A program made the translations under genes and the position numbers. From an uncultured Methanosarcinales archaeon (GTDB lineage: Archaea > Nanobdellota > Nanobdellia > Woesearchaeales > JAGVZT01), in the NCBI GenBank assembly GCA_964419615.1, contig CAYQPU010000021.1:1-29008 (forward strand): a DNA stretch of 29,008 nt, written 5' to 3'. Within the stretch, counting starts at the first letter, position 1; every line of letters begins with the position of its first letter. Under the pieces are notes generated by a model. It ran no database searches. It had not been told where the DNA came from and was given only the letters and a program-made list of their open reading frames with translations. Positions 1-9,900 of the stretch are shown here, one piece after another.

Positions 1-107
1 GTAAACATTGCAGTTGCAACTAAGTTAACGTGGATACCTGGGATGATGCCTGTTAAGATACCTGTCAGGACACCGAACATTAAAGCAAGCAAAATCTGGA
101 TATACAT
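1..107 (-). CDS. Tripartite tricarboxylate transporter TctA/DUF112-like membrane protein, N-terminus only (runs off the window)
   Basis: Manual translation from ATG at 107: MYIQILLALMFGVLTGILTGIIPGIHVNLVATAMF; hydrophobic, with the G..TGxIPGIHVN signature of archaeal TctA-like proteins. Confidence 0.7.
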   Translation of the reverse strand, partial: MYIQILLALMFGVLTGILTGIIPGIHVNLVATAMF

Positions 108-518
108 TTATTGAGCCAGACTATGCAGTTTTATATGTTTATCGTCGATAATCCTGAAAATTTTCCGCTAAAAACATGAATTTTTTCAGTGGATTTTTGC
201 TTCTATTTTTCAGGCAATTAAGGGCTCACATGAACCTGATTAAGGTTCTCTGTTTGTTTTTTACCAAAAGAAGCCTTATTACTGCTTCTTTAGGTTTTGG
301 CTATGGTTAATCATATGTGAACTGATGGGAATAAACAAGTGTTCCAGCAATTCACATGAACCAATCTGTGAAACAACAACAATATTCCAAGTATTTAAGT
401 ATAGCTGTATTGTGGGATATACTTTAACAGGTTAATATGTATTCCTGCACTACACCAGAAAGGTAAAGTTACTTTTACGGACAAAATATTTTTATAGAGA
501 GAAGGTATCGGAGTATTC

Positions 519-1202
519 ATGCCATATGAGAAACTGACAAAAGGGGAGGCAAAACTCTTTCTGTTCATACTACACTTTCCTGGATTAAGGTGGAATGAGT
601 TGAAGAAGGTCTATGACCCTGCTGAAAGAAAAATCAAAGATAAGAGTGATGGGGAGATAACACTCAAAAATAAATTAGGTGGACAAATATCAGATGTGGT
701 TGGGAGTTTAAAAAAGAAGGGCTATGTGATGGATGTGGATGGTAAATACGAAATAATTATCGATGCACTCCTTAAGCCAGTAATTGACCGAACTCATTAT
801 AATCTCAACGAAGGTGAAAAGATTAAGGAAGGTATAACCAAGAGACAAGTCACTTTACCAAGAGCACTTTTGGAAAAATACATTGGGATAATACAAAGAT
901 TATCTGGTGGTGGCGAAGACACAATGATTAAAGTTATTGGGTATATTGATAAGAGAGACACAAATATTGACATCATATTCCAGCACATTTACAATATTTT
1001 AATTGATATAAGATATTATCTGGAGACCAAGAAAGAAAATCCTTCTGCGTGTGACGCACAATTTTGTACTAAATTAAGCGAAGAAAGTGCAATAGCATTT
1101 ACCACAGATAGTTTATCTGTTGATTTATATGACGATTGTGATATGCTTGTAGGTAAAGTAAGTGAGATAGTCAAACTATTAAAGAATGTACCCCAAGAAT
1201 AG
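519..1202 (+). CDS. Hypothetical protein, possible N-terminal winged-helix DNA-binding domain
   Basis: 227-aa ORF with GGAG upstream of the ATG; basic N-terminal half with a wHTH-like pattern (ISDVVGSLKKKGYV...GKYEI). No firm family. Confidence 0.5.
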   Translation: MPYEKLTKGEAKLFLFILHFPGLRWNELKKVYDPAERKIKDKSDGEITLKNKLGGQISDVVGSLKKKGYVMDVDGKYEIIIDALLKPVIDRTHYNLNEGEKIKEGITKRQVTLPRALLEKYIGIIQRLSGGGEDTMIKVIGYIDKRDTNIDIIFQHIYNILIDIRYYLETKKENPSACDAQFCTKLSEESAIAFTTDSLSVDLYDDCDMLVGKVSEIVKLLKNVPQE

Positions 1203-1277
1203 GAGCTCAGTTTTATTAATAAAATTCTGAATTAATATTATATCTGATTTCTCCAGTTAATTAATTGGTAGTAGACT

Positions 1278-1502
1278 ATGAAAGAAATCATAAAAATTCT
1301 AAACTGTCCCATTTGTGGTAGTCAAGTAAGGTTAAGTGTAAAAACAAAACCATTTAGAGCAGGGTTCGAAAATGGAGAACGCACCATTGAAGTTGTTTAT
1401 GATATTGGTAAACCTTGTTGTCAGGTTTATGGCAGGAAATTGCTGCATTACTTTGACAATAAGGGTAGCAATTTTAATAATCCTACTGGTTCAGATTTCT
1501 AA
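1278..1502 (+). CDS. Small Zn-ribbon-like hypothetical protein
   Basis: 74 aa with CPIC and a later CC pair. Confidence 0.45.
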   Translation: MKEIIKILNCPICGSQVRLSVKTKPFRAGFENGERTIEVVYDIGKPCCQVYGRKLLHYFDNKGSNFNNPTGSDF

Positions 1503-1613
1503 CAAATTTTCTGGATAGCATCTAAATATCAGTCTCCCGTAATGTTGTTTAAAGTTGGTGAGATAAATGCGTATTATCAATATTAAAGCAAGATGTTTCA
1601 TTTGGACGCCTCC

Positions 1614-1659
1614 GGAAGGGTTAACTACCCCTTGGGTTTTGTTAGCCCTTCCCTTTTTT
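1614..1659 (+). terminator. GC-rich hairpin followed by a T6 tract (terminator-like)
   Basis: GGAAGGGTTAAC (1614-1625) pairs with GTTAGCCCTTCC (1641-1652; one T-G pair), inner ACCC/GGGT stem, then TTTTTT at 1654-1659. Confidence 0.4.
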
Positions 1660-1918
1660 CAGTTCAGATTTTTCATTCAAAATCTGGGTTTTATTCATAT
1701 AATTATAATCCATACTCATAGTTAAGAGGTTAAAAAAAATGAAAGTAAATAACAAAGGTTACCTGATGAAAAAGGGACAACAAATCCTGTTTGTTGTCAA
1801 ATATGGAAACGGAAGGAATGGGACCCTATTTGGATGCAGTAAAAGATATAGTTGATCGCTTAACACCTGATCAAGTTAATAACAGCGATAGGTTTAAGAC
1901 AATTTGGGGTTAGAGAAA

Positions 1919-2077
1919 ATGGAAGGTGAATGTATTAAATGTCAGGAAAGGTTGGATCTTTGCAGGTGTGGTAAGACTATGGGAGAGATCCTCCCCAAAT
2001 ACAAACTGAATGAACTGAAAGCAGAGATTTATGACACTTTGATGTGGATAGCATCAGAAGAGGAAAAGCTTAAATAG
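1919..2077 (+). CDS. Small Cys-rich (CxxC...CxC) hypothetical protein, not in the ORF track
   Basis: Manual translation: MEGECIKCQERLDLCRCGKTMGEILPKYKLNELKAEIYDTLMWIASEEEKLK* (52 aa). Confidence 0.4.
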   Translation: MEGECIKCQERLDLCRCGKTMGEILPKYKLNELKAEIYDTLMWIASEEEKLK

Positions 2078-2113
2078 TCATATAACTTAATTAGACAATA
2101 ATGAGGTAAAAAA

Positions 2114-2371
2114 ATGGGATTATTACATGTTTATGTCAACAAAGAGCTTGAAGCGAGAGTAAGAAAAGAAGCTGAAAAAAAATTATTTTGGGATAACAGA
2201 AATAGACCTAGCGTTAGTAAAGTTATCCAAGAAGCATTATTACGTTATTTTGGTGAGGTAGTAAGAAAAGGATCATCTAGTACACTCCAAAAAAGAACTA
2301 CTGAACAAATTTTGAAAGATCAGTATGAAGGGGGTCCTTGGCGAAAAACAGGTCAGAAACCTAAACTGTAG
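2114..2371 (+). CDS. Ribbon-helix-helix (CopG/Arc-like) DNA-binding protein
   Basis: N-terminal beta-strand LLHVYV, helix, then SVSKVIQEALLRYF helix typical of RHH proteins; GAGGT upstream. Confidence 0.6.
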   Translation: MGLLHVYVNKELEARVRKEAEKKLFWDNRNRPSVSKVIQEALLRYFGEVVRKGSSSTLQKRTTEQILKDQYEGGPWRKTGQKPKL

Positions 2372-2853
2372 AGTCTAGCTGCCTCTGGCCAATATTTCTT
2401 CTTAATCCCTTGTCTACCTTTTTCCTTATATTCTGGGTGCATCCTATCATGCATTTTACCCATACGTCTGGTTTTTACTTGAATCTCATAAGGTAGACCC
2501 ATATCTAAAATAGTGAAATGGTGTGCCATGTAGGGGGTTTTATTATTTAATGCTGTTTGATAATGGTTCTCATAACTTTTAATTTTCCCTTTGAATATAT
2601 GTTTTATTTTTTGTACAAGGAGATCTAATTCCAATCTATTGTCTGCATATACTCTGAGTGCACCCATATCTTCTATGTTACCAATATAGTTAGTCATCTG
2701 TTTGTTGATAATGCTATAAGGCTCTTTTACCCTCTCTTCTTGGGCACCTATTTGTTTGACTATCTTAGTGATGCCTTTTTTGTATTTTTCTCTTTCCTTT
2801 AGCCCAAGTCTTCTCCCCCTTAGCCCAGGTATACAAGATTTTATTCTGATCAA
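2353..2853 (-). CDS. RelA/SpoT-type small alarmone synthetase (SAS) catalytic domain; start uncertain, probably frameshifted from the 2765-3313 ORF
   Basis: Synthetase motifs in order: RVKEPYSIINK (2713-2733 for RVKEPYS), DMGALRV, PYMAHH, EIQVKT (2470-2487), H..YK. First in-frame ATG (2697) lies downstream of the first motif. Confidence 0.75.
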   Translation of the reverse strand: MIRIKSCIPGLRGRRLGLKEREKYKKGITKIVKQIGAQEERVKEPYSIINKQMTNYIGNIEDMGALRVYADNRLELDLLVQKIKHIFKGKIKSYENHYQTALNNKTPYMAHHFTILDMGLPYEIQVKTRRMGKMHDRMHPEYKEKGRQGIKKKYWPEAARLYSLGF

Positions 2854-3313
2854 ATTGATCTCTTAGTTGATGTTGTGAAAAAGGAATGATGTCTTTTTCA
2901 TTAACTGGCATTTTCTTAAACATTGCTTTCTTTTTCCACTTTTTCCCAAGAACCATTTGAAGTATCGCTTCATCATATGTAAGTGGAGATCTAATACCAG
3001 CACCATATCTTGTGTTATAATACCCACCTACAATAGCTTCAATATCTAATGAATCCACAACATGTCCGGAACTAAGTAACTTTATCTGTTCTTCAGATAT
3101 CCTCATAGGTATCTGCAATTTAGGAAAGCTAATGTTAAATAATTCTTTTTGTACTGCTAAAAACTCTAGTAATTTATCATTATACTCATCCATTGTATCA
3201 TAAGGTGTTGGTGGTTGCCAAGAATCTAAATTAATATCAAGTGCAGATTCAGATCTTACAAATTTAGTCACACCATCTTGATCCTTTACAGGTTTCATCC
3301 CCACTGTTGGCAT
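2765..3313 (-). CDS. Hypothetical protein; either the N-terminal part of the SAS gene or a cognate partner/antitoxin
   Basis: 182-aa ORF overlapping the SAS ORF by 89 nt; ends in a low-complexity basic tail (KGKRKIQKRHH). Confidence 0.55.
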   Translation of the reverse strand: MPTVGMKPVKDQDGVTKFVRSESALDINLDSWQPPTPYDTMDEYNDKLLEFLAVQKELFNISFPKLQIPMRISEEQIKLLSSGHVVDSLDIEAIVGGYYNTRYGAGIRSPLTYDEAILQMVLGKKWKKKAMFKKMPVNEKDIIPFSQHQLRDQFDQNKILYTWAKGEKTWAKGKRKIQKRHH

Positions 3314-3484
3314 ACCTAAAGGAAAACAAGTAAAACATATAAAACTTGTTTAGATATATTTTTAAACCGAAAATTCTTCGAGAAAAACTTCAAAATCTTG
3401 ATAAATTATAATTTGATTGGTACATTTATGCAATCCAAGATATCAAAAGAATTATATAGTTATTATAGCTTCTTATATGGCATA

Positions 3485-3715
3485 ATGCCAACAACAATTC
3501 AACTAAAAAAAACAACTCTTCAAAGACTCAAATACTTTAAAGTATATTCTAAAGAAAGCTATGATGAAATTATAAACAAGCTACTTGACACAATTGAAGA
3601 GGGAGATCTAACAAAAGATGCAATTAATGATATTCAAAAAGCATTATCTGAAATGAAGTCTGGCAAAGGAGAACTAATTGGAGATGTAGCACAAGAGCTT
3701 GGTGTTAATCTATGA
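3485..3715 (+). CDS. Type II antitoxin (archaeal RelB-like)
   Basis: Likely start MPTTIQLKK at 3485; TTIQL..ESYDEII pattern with acidic tail; ATGA overlap with the relE-like gene. Confidence 0.75.
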   Translation: MPTTIQLKKTTLQRLKYFKVYSKESYDEIINKLLDTIEEGDLTKDAINDIQKALSEMKSGKGELIGDVAQELGVNL

Positions 3716-3963
3716 AAATCATCATACAACCAACTGCAAAAAAACATCTTAAAAAACTTTCAAACAAGACAGCAGCAACAATTCTAAAAAAGCTTTACAC
3801 TATTAGAAGTAATCCTTTAGCACACATTGAAAAACTAAAAAACTCTCGTTTGTGGAAACTTCGAATTGGAGATTATAGATGTATTCTTTATGTAAATACA
3901 AAAAAGCAAGAAATTCATGTATTATTAGTAGGTCATAGGAAAAATATCTATAAACAACTTTAG
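3712..3963 (+). CDS. relE: RelE/ParE-family toxin (mRNA interferase)
   Basis: 83 aa, very basic, with KLRIGDYR and VGHRKNIY motifs. Confidence 0.9.
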   Translation: MKIIIQPTAKKHLKKLSNKTAATILKKLYTIRSNPLAHIEKLKNSRLWKLRIGDYRCILYVNTKKQEIHVLLVGHRKNIYKQL

Positions 3964-4370
3964 CTCAAACTAAAAAACTTTTCAACAGTTGCTCTTAACT
4001 GTTCACTAATCTTCTTTGGAATCTCGTCTTTAGAAACCCATCTAAACTCAGAATGCTCATCCTCAGACAGTTTAATCTCACAATCATTTACCATATCGAG
4101 TACAAAATCAATCTCAATATTGTGTTCTAGTACTCCATTAACCTCGTTAGTGCTATGCCAGACATTATACGGCCTAACAATCTTAACATCAAAATTAGTC
4201 TCTTCTTTAACTTCTCTAACAATAGTGTCATTAGGATCTTCACCAGGATCAACCTTTCCACCAGGTAAATCAAAAAACCCAGGAAGAAATTTCTTATCTT
4301 CTGTTCTCTTTAACAATAAAACTTTATCATCCTTAACAATAATTCCACCAACTAATACTCTTGTTAACAT
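3960..4370 (-). CDS. Nudix hydrolase (MutT-like)
   Basis: Nudix box GGKVDPGEDPNDTIVREVKEET; ATG at 4370 behind GAGGAGG. Confidence 0.9.
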   Translation of the reverse strand: MLTRVLVGGIIVKDDKVLLLKRTEDKKFLPGFFDLPGGKVDPGEDPNDTIVREVKEETNFDVKIVRPYNVWHSTNEVNGVLEHNIEIDFVLDMVNDCEIKLSEDEHSEFRWVSKDEIPKKISEQLRATVEKFFSLS

Positions 4371-4378
4371 TTTCCTCC

Positions 4379-5284
4379 TCACACATTAATGGCCATCAAA
4401 GCACCATTCATATCAAATGTATTATCTAAGATAGTGTACAAATACATCAGTATCCAAAACTGATCTTTTTCACTCTTTTCAAGCATTTTCTTAATCTTAT
4501 CTACAAGTTCATACCTTTTTTGTCCAAACTTAGCAAGTTTATTTGAATCATACTTGTAAAACAATTCATAAAACTGATTGTAAAAAGAATTTACATCAAC
4601 AAATATATCTTTTGTTTTTTTACTTAACTTTGAATTAGATTTAATCGCATACTTACAAATATCCCTATAAGAATCTCCAATCCTTTCAAGTTGTTCAGCA
4701 ATATAATACAGTGGCGGTGTTTTCTTAAACTCAGAATAACCAAATTTATTTAGCACTCGCCTACAAAAATCAGCATACTTGTTAACATCCTTATCCATAA
4801 ACATAATAGTCTTTAGCCAATCCTTATCTTGTTTTTCTAAAGCTTGTAAACTCTGCTCAGCCATTTGATTAATAATCATAAACATCCTTCTAAAAATTGT
4901 ATCAAACTCATTTGCATCAATACTTGAAATCTTTTTAATTTGCAATTGATTCTTTCCTTGATAAACAACCTCAAACCCAATAAACTCCTCTCTAATCACC
5001 TCTTGAGCAGCCTCAAGTTCTTTTGTTTCAAACTCAACATCAACCTCATCATAACCAGCCTTATAAGTTGCTCCAAGAATTCGTTTAACCATTGGATCCA
5101 TATCCACAATACTAATGCTTGTTTTTTCACTTGTAATTGCCTTTTCTGAACCAACAATAATCTTATTACCTTTTTCTTCTAACACTATATCGTCCCCCTT
5201 CTCAATATTATACTTCTTCACCCACTTGCTTGGCAAAGAAACAACCATTGTGCTGCCAGCAAGCTGTATTACCTTTCTTTTCAT
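4379..5284 (-). CDS. AbrB-PhoU phosphate-uptake regulator (archaeal type)
   Basis: N-terminal RKVIQLAGSTMVVSLPSKWVKK AbrB motif; PhoU-like helical repeats (LERIGD). Confidence 0.85.
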   Translation of the reverse strand: MKRKVIQLAGSTMVVSLPSKWVKKYNIEKGDDIVLEEKGNKIIVGSEKAITSEKTSISIVDMDPMVKRILGATYKAGYDEVDVEFETKELEAAQEVIREEFIGFEVVYQGKNQLQIKKISSIDANEFDTIFRRMFMIINQMAEQSLQALEKQDKDWLKTIMFMDKDVNKYADFCRRVLNKFGYSEFKKTPPLYYIAEQLERIGDSYRDICKYAIKSNSKLSKKTKDIFVDVNSFYNQFYELFYKYDSNKLAKFGQKRYELVDKIKKMLEKSEKDQFWILMYLYTILDNTFDMNGALMAINV

Positions 5285-5385
5285 GAAGATCACCTATATA
5301 TTTATTGATTTATTATATATTTATATATCACTATATAAGGTATATGCTAAAACTATATATAAATCTTTTGGCCCCATATAATTAG

Positions 5386-5859
5386 GTGATGGGAATGATT
5401 GAAAAAAAAGAGTATTTGATATTCAGCCACTTAAGAAAAGACGGGAGACAAACACTAACCACAATGAGTAAAAAAACAAAAATTCCCATAAGCACTATAT
5501 ATGACAAGTTAAAGCTTTATGATGGAGATCTAATCAGAAAACACACTTGTTTATTAGACTTTCAAAAACTTGGATTTACAACAATAGCTCACATACTTGT
5601 TAATGTAGACAAATCTGTTAAAGAAGAAGTAAAAGAATACTTAACCTGCCACATGAATGTAAACTCCATTAGTAGAGTAAATAACAATTATGATTTTCTA
5701 ATAGAAGTTGTTTTCAGACACTTAGGAGAAATGGAAGACTTCTTAGACAATCTTGAGGAGAAGTTCCCTATCAATCAAAAACAAGTGTTTTACGACATAG
5801 AACAAATCAAAAAAGAAGGATTTATGGATGATCCAGAGATATTGGATGTTATTGTTTAA
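5386..5859 (+). CDS. Lrp/AsnC-family transcriptional regulator
   Basis: HTH (LRKDGRQTLTTMSKKTKIPISTIYDKLK), LDFQKLG linker, AsnC ligand-binding domain. Confidence 0.9.
   Translation: MMGMIEKKEYLIFSHLRKDGRQTLTTMSKKTKIPISTIYDKLKLYDGDLIRKHTCLLDFQKLGFTTIAHILVNVDKSVKEEVKEYLTCHMNVNSISRVNNNYDFLIEVVFRHLGEMEDFLDNLEEKFPINQKQVFYDIEQIKKEGFMDDPEILDVIV
5800..5852 (+). repeat. Direct repeat copy A (3' end of the Lrp gene)
   Basis: 50/53 nt identical to 6835-6887 (manual alignment). Confidence 0.9.
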
Positions 5860-5875
5860 GGTATGATTTTTGGAG

Positions 5876-6718
5876 TCAGTCTTTTGACATATCTATTTTT
5901 TCTTTCTTTTTTTGTTTTGGTAAAAAGTTATCCTCTGAGATTACAGATTTACCAAGACGTTTTTCAATATTTACTCTTGTTTCCAAAGCAACTTCTCCTC
6001 CTCCCTTTGCAGATTTCTTACACTCTTTGAGTCCTTTTGAATCTTCTTCTTTTGTAATATCTGTTGTTGCCTTTTCTCCAACCATAGTAAGAATTAGTTC
6101 CCAGTCAGTCATATGATCTCTTAAGTTTTGATTCTGTCTCTTTAGACTTTTGAATTCTTTGTATTCACCAACAGTCTTACCAAAGGTTGCTTTGGATATT
6201 TCGTTTGTTAATATTGCGAATTCATTTTTTGTCTTTATTTCTCTGTTTTTCCACTCTTCTGTTAGTTCTTGTCTTATTGCAATCCCACGTAATCGTTTAT
6301 CTATCCATTCTTTAGGATAACCTTTGAGTTCATAATATTCTTTAATTCTATCTTGACCCAACTCAGGATTCTCAATTTCTTCTATTCTTTCATACCCAAC
6401 TTGAGCAAGCCATCTTTTGAATGGTTCTGCTTTTTTTGATGGAATTGATTGGATAATTCTAAAGAGTGACTTTGTGTTTGCACAGTCTGTTAATCTCTGC
6501 TTTCCATCAGATGCTTCTAATTTCAACTGTACCCAAATTGGGGACAGTTCAAGAGTTTTAAATTCTCTACTTTTAACTTTTCCCCAATACTGTCTTGGTG
6601 TTGGACTTTCTGTAAGAACTGACACAACATCTACCACAGAAAAATACCATTCTTTTTCATACCAAACTCTTCGTATTTTTTTGTCTTGGAAAACAATTAT
6701 TTTGTTTTTTTCTTCCAT
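5876..6718 (-). CDS. Bro-N domain protein (phage antirepressor-like)
   Basis: IRRVW...WYFSVVDVV, LKLEASDGKQRLTDCA, RIIQSIPSKKAEPFKRWLA motifs. Confidence 0.85.
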   Translation of the reverse strand: MEEKNKIIVFQDKKIRRVWYEKEWYFSVVDVVSVLTESPTPRQYWGKVKSREFKTLELSPIWVQLKLEASDGKQRLTDCANTKSLFRIIQSIPSKKAEPFKRWLAQVGYERIEEIENPELGQDRIKEYYELKGYPKEWIDKRLRGIAIRQELTEEWKNREIKTKNEFAILTNEISKATFGKTVGEYKEFKSLKRQNQNLRDHMTDWELILTMVGEKATTDITKEEDSKGLKECKKSAKGGGEVALETRVNIEKRLGKSVISEDNFLPKQKKKEKIDMSKD

Positions 6719-6770
6719 TTACAGTAGAATAGCATTTGATCTTTATATATCTTAAGAGTGAATGTCCAGT

Positions 6771-6894
6771 GGGAAAATGGTTAATTGTGAAATAGAGGCT
6801 CTCTATCGATTCAAAATAAGTGTTTTAGGAGATTGAACAAATCAAAAAACAAGGCTTTATGGATGATCCAGAGATATTAGATGTTATATTTTAA
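6771..6894 (+). pseudogene. Degenerate duplicate of the Lrp 3' end (direct repeat copy B)
   Basis: Encodes IEQIKKQGFMDDPEILDVIF*, versus IEQIKKEGFMDDPEILDVIV* in the intact gene; upstream part diverged, with stops. Confidence 0.8.
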
Positions 6895-6921
6895 TTAATG
6901 TTACTACTTCCAAATGATGAA

Positions 6922-6940
6922 AAACCGAAACATTTATATA
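6922..6940 (+). promoter_or_regulatory. Archaeal BRE + TATA promoter upstream of secA
   Basis: AAACCGAAA followed by TTTATATA (6933-6940), about 40 nt before the ATG at 6979. Confidence 0.6.
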
Positions 6941-6978
6941 TGTAAATATGTATTTCTAACATTAACCTTAAAATCAAG

Positions 6979-9900
6979 ATGGTAAAAAACCTATTTAGCA
7001 AAGCACTTCAGAATTCTCATGATGAAATCATGGAGAAATACTTATCCTTAGTTGACCGAATTAATGATTTAGAGCAAGAGTTCTCAGAATTAAGTGATGA
7101 TGAATTAGCAGCCAAAACTCAAGAATTTAGAAAAAGAATTGTTATTGACGGAGAAACCCTTGATGATCTTCTCCCAGAAGCTTTTGCAACTGTTAGAGAG
7201 GCGAGTAAAAGAACAATAGGACAAAGACATTATGATGTACAATTAATGGGGGGAATCGCAGAGCATGAAAGAACCATAGCAGAAGTGAGAACAGGGGAAG
7301 GAAAAACCCTAATGGCTACTCTACCAATATATCTTAATGCTCTTGATGTTAATCCTGATTGGATAAAAGCAGCAGAAAAAATGTTTGGTGGAAAAAGTAA
7401 AGATGAGTGGGAGTACCAAAACATAATTGCAGGAAAAACAGTCATACCCATTGGAAAGGGTGTACATCTTGTGACAGTAAATGACTATTTAGCACGAAGA
7501 GATGCAAGATGGATGAGTCCCATATTCAAGTTTTTGAGAATGAATACGGGTGTTTTACAAAGTAATTCAAAAACTGAACATGGTAAATATTCTTACATTG
7601 TCACTCCTTTTGCATATTCTCCTGACGAATTTAATAATGGTCTTACTTTGGTGCCTCGAGAAATAACCTACCAAGAAGATATTACATATGGATCAAAAAA
7701 TGAGTTTGGACATGATTATTTAAGAGATAATATGAAAATGAGTCTTGGGGAAAGAGTACAAAGAGGGCACCATTTTGCCATTATTGATGAAGTGGATAAT
7801 GTTCTAATTGATGATGCACGTACACCATTAATAATTTCTGGTCCAAAGCCTGGATCAGTTGATATGTTCCAAACAATTGACACAGTTGTTAAACAATTAA
7901 AATCAACTCATTTTGATATTGAAGAAAAAAACAGAAGCTTAAGCCTTACAATAAAAGGAGAGCAAAAAATGAATCAACTACTTCAAGATATTGGGATAAC
8001 TGATGAACCATTATTTAAACAGAATGGAGACAGTCTTGATTTGGTGGAGCTTACTATCCCAGAAGTAGTATTAAATGGATACATTCAACAGTGCTTAAAT
8101 GCAAATTTTATTTACAAAAAAGGAAAGGACTATGAAGTGGAGGGAGACAAAGTTATCATTGTTGATCATTTTACAGGCAGACTTATGCCTGGTAGGAGAT
8201 GGTCAGATGGATTACACCAGGCAGTAGAAGCTAAAGAAGAAGTTCCAGTTGAACCAGAAAGCACTACTTATGCTACAATAACTATCCAAAATTACTTTAG
8301 AATGTATGAGAAACTTGCAGGGATGACAGGAACAGCTATTGAAGATTCAGAAGAATTTGGGGATATTTATAAACTTGATACTATTGAAATACCAACTCAT
8401 GTTGATTATCTTGCATCATTGCCTGAATCTGGACTTGAATTGGTGAGGACCAAAGATATGGAAGGTTTTGATATTGAATACTGGAGCCATACAGATGATC
8501 CAGATCAAAAGCCAATTTTTCACAGAAGACAAGATCGTCCAGATACAATATATAAAACCCCAGAAGGAAAAGTAAGAGTTATCTCATCAGAAATTTTAAG
8601 ATCCTATGTGCATGGAAGACCTGTTCTAACTGGCACTACTTCAGTGGAAAAGTCTGAAATCATATCGGACAGATTAGGTAAAGAATCGATTCAAAAATTA
8701 TCTACTTGGCTTCTTTTAAGAAACCATTATCTTCAGCAAAGGAGCAGGAAACAAGATGGAAAAAGGATAAAAGAACTTAAAGAATTTGATGAAGAATCCG
8801 ATGGAACAGCAATTCCTTTAAATAATTTGGATATGTCTAGGTTAGAAGAAAAAGCCCTTGAACTTGGATATGATCAGCCAATAGTAGATTATGTTGACAC
8901 CATTTTAGATGCTTTGAATGTTTTTGATTTTGGACAAAGAGAACAGAGTCGGGAAAGACTTATTTATGCTTTAGAAAATGGGGTACCTCACAATGTCCTA
9001 AATGCAAGACATGAAGCACAAGAAGCTCAAATAATTGCTGGTGCAGGTGCTTTTGGTGCTGTTACAATAGCTACCAATATGGCCGGCAGAGGTGTTGATA
9101 TTAAGTTGGGAGGAGCTCTGCCAGATGAAATAATCATAAAAGTGAATGATTATCTTTCTAGAAATGGTTATGAAGAACCAACAGTCTTATCTCTTGATGA
9201 AAAAATTGATGGTATTGGTATCTTAGCTGAAGAAAACATAGATATGGATCAAGATATTTTATCTTTTATAGAATATTCAAAAGAAAGGCAAATGGTTATG
9301 GAACTAGGCGGATTAGATGTTATTGGTTCTGAGAGAAACGAAGCAAGAAGAATTGACAATCAGCTTAGAGGAAGGGCAGCAAGACAAGGTGAACCAGGTA
9401 GAACTCGTTTTTGCATATCTTATGAAGATGAACTTTTACTTAGGTTTGGCTCTGGAGCACCTGTTAAATTATTGAATCACCTTGTTGATATTGACCCTTA
9501 TTTTCCAGTAGATCATAAATTGATTTCAAAATTTATTGAAGGAGCTCAAAGTAGAGTTGAAGGTGCTAACTTTGATGTTAGAAAACATCTACTTGCATAT
9601 GATGATGTTCTAAATAAACAAAGAAAAACAATCTACGGATTCAGGGACAAGGTACTGGCTGAACTTTATCTAACAGACATAATGTTTAAGCATTTTAAAG
9701 AAGAAGTGTATTTTAGAGCTGCAATGGAATTGGAAGTTGATGAAACTGTGGAGGAATTGGCTGCTGAAATAAATGCACAAGGTGTAATAGTTGATAAAAA
9801 TGCAGATGAGTTGGAAATTGATGAGAATGCAAGAGAATTATTTTTATCTTTGAACAGATTGCAGCCATCAATGCAGATAGGAGAACACATGGTGGACTCA

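Noticed and set aside
228-362. Short repeat TCACATGAACC (two copies) with a partial inverted copy near 312
   Set aside because: Only 11 nt, two copies, irregular spacing; cannot be distinguished from chance or an ordinary operator.
2774-2782. Classic A-AAA-AAG -1 frameshift joining the two SAS-region ORFs
   Set aside because: The downstream ORF is in the +1 frame; a -1 slip there meets a TAG within a few codons.
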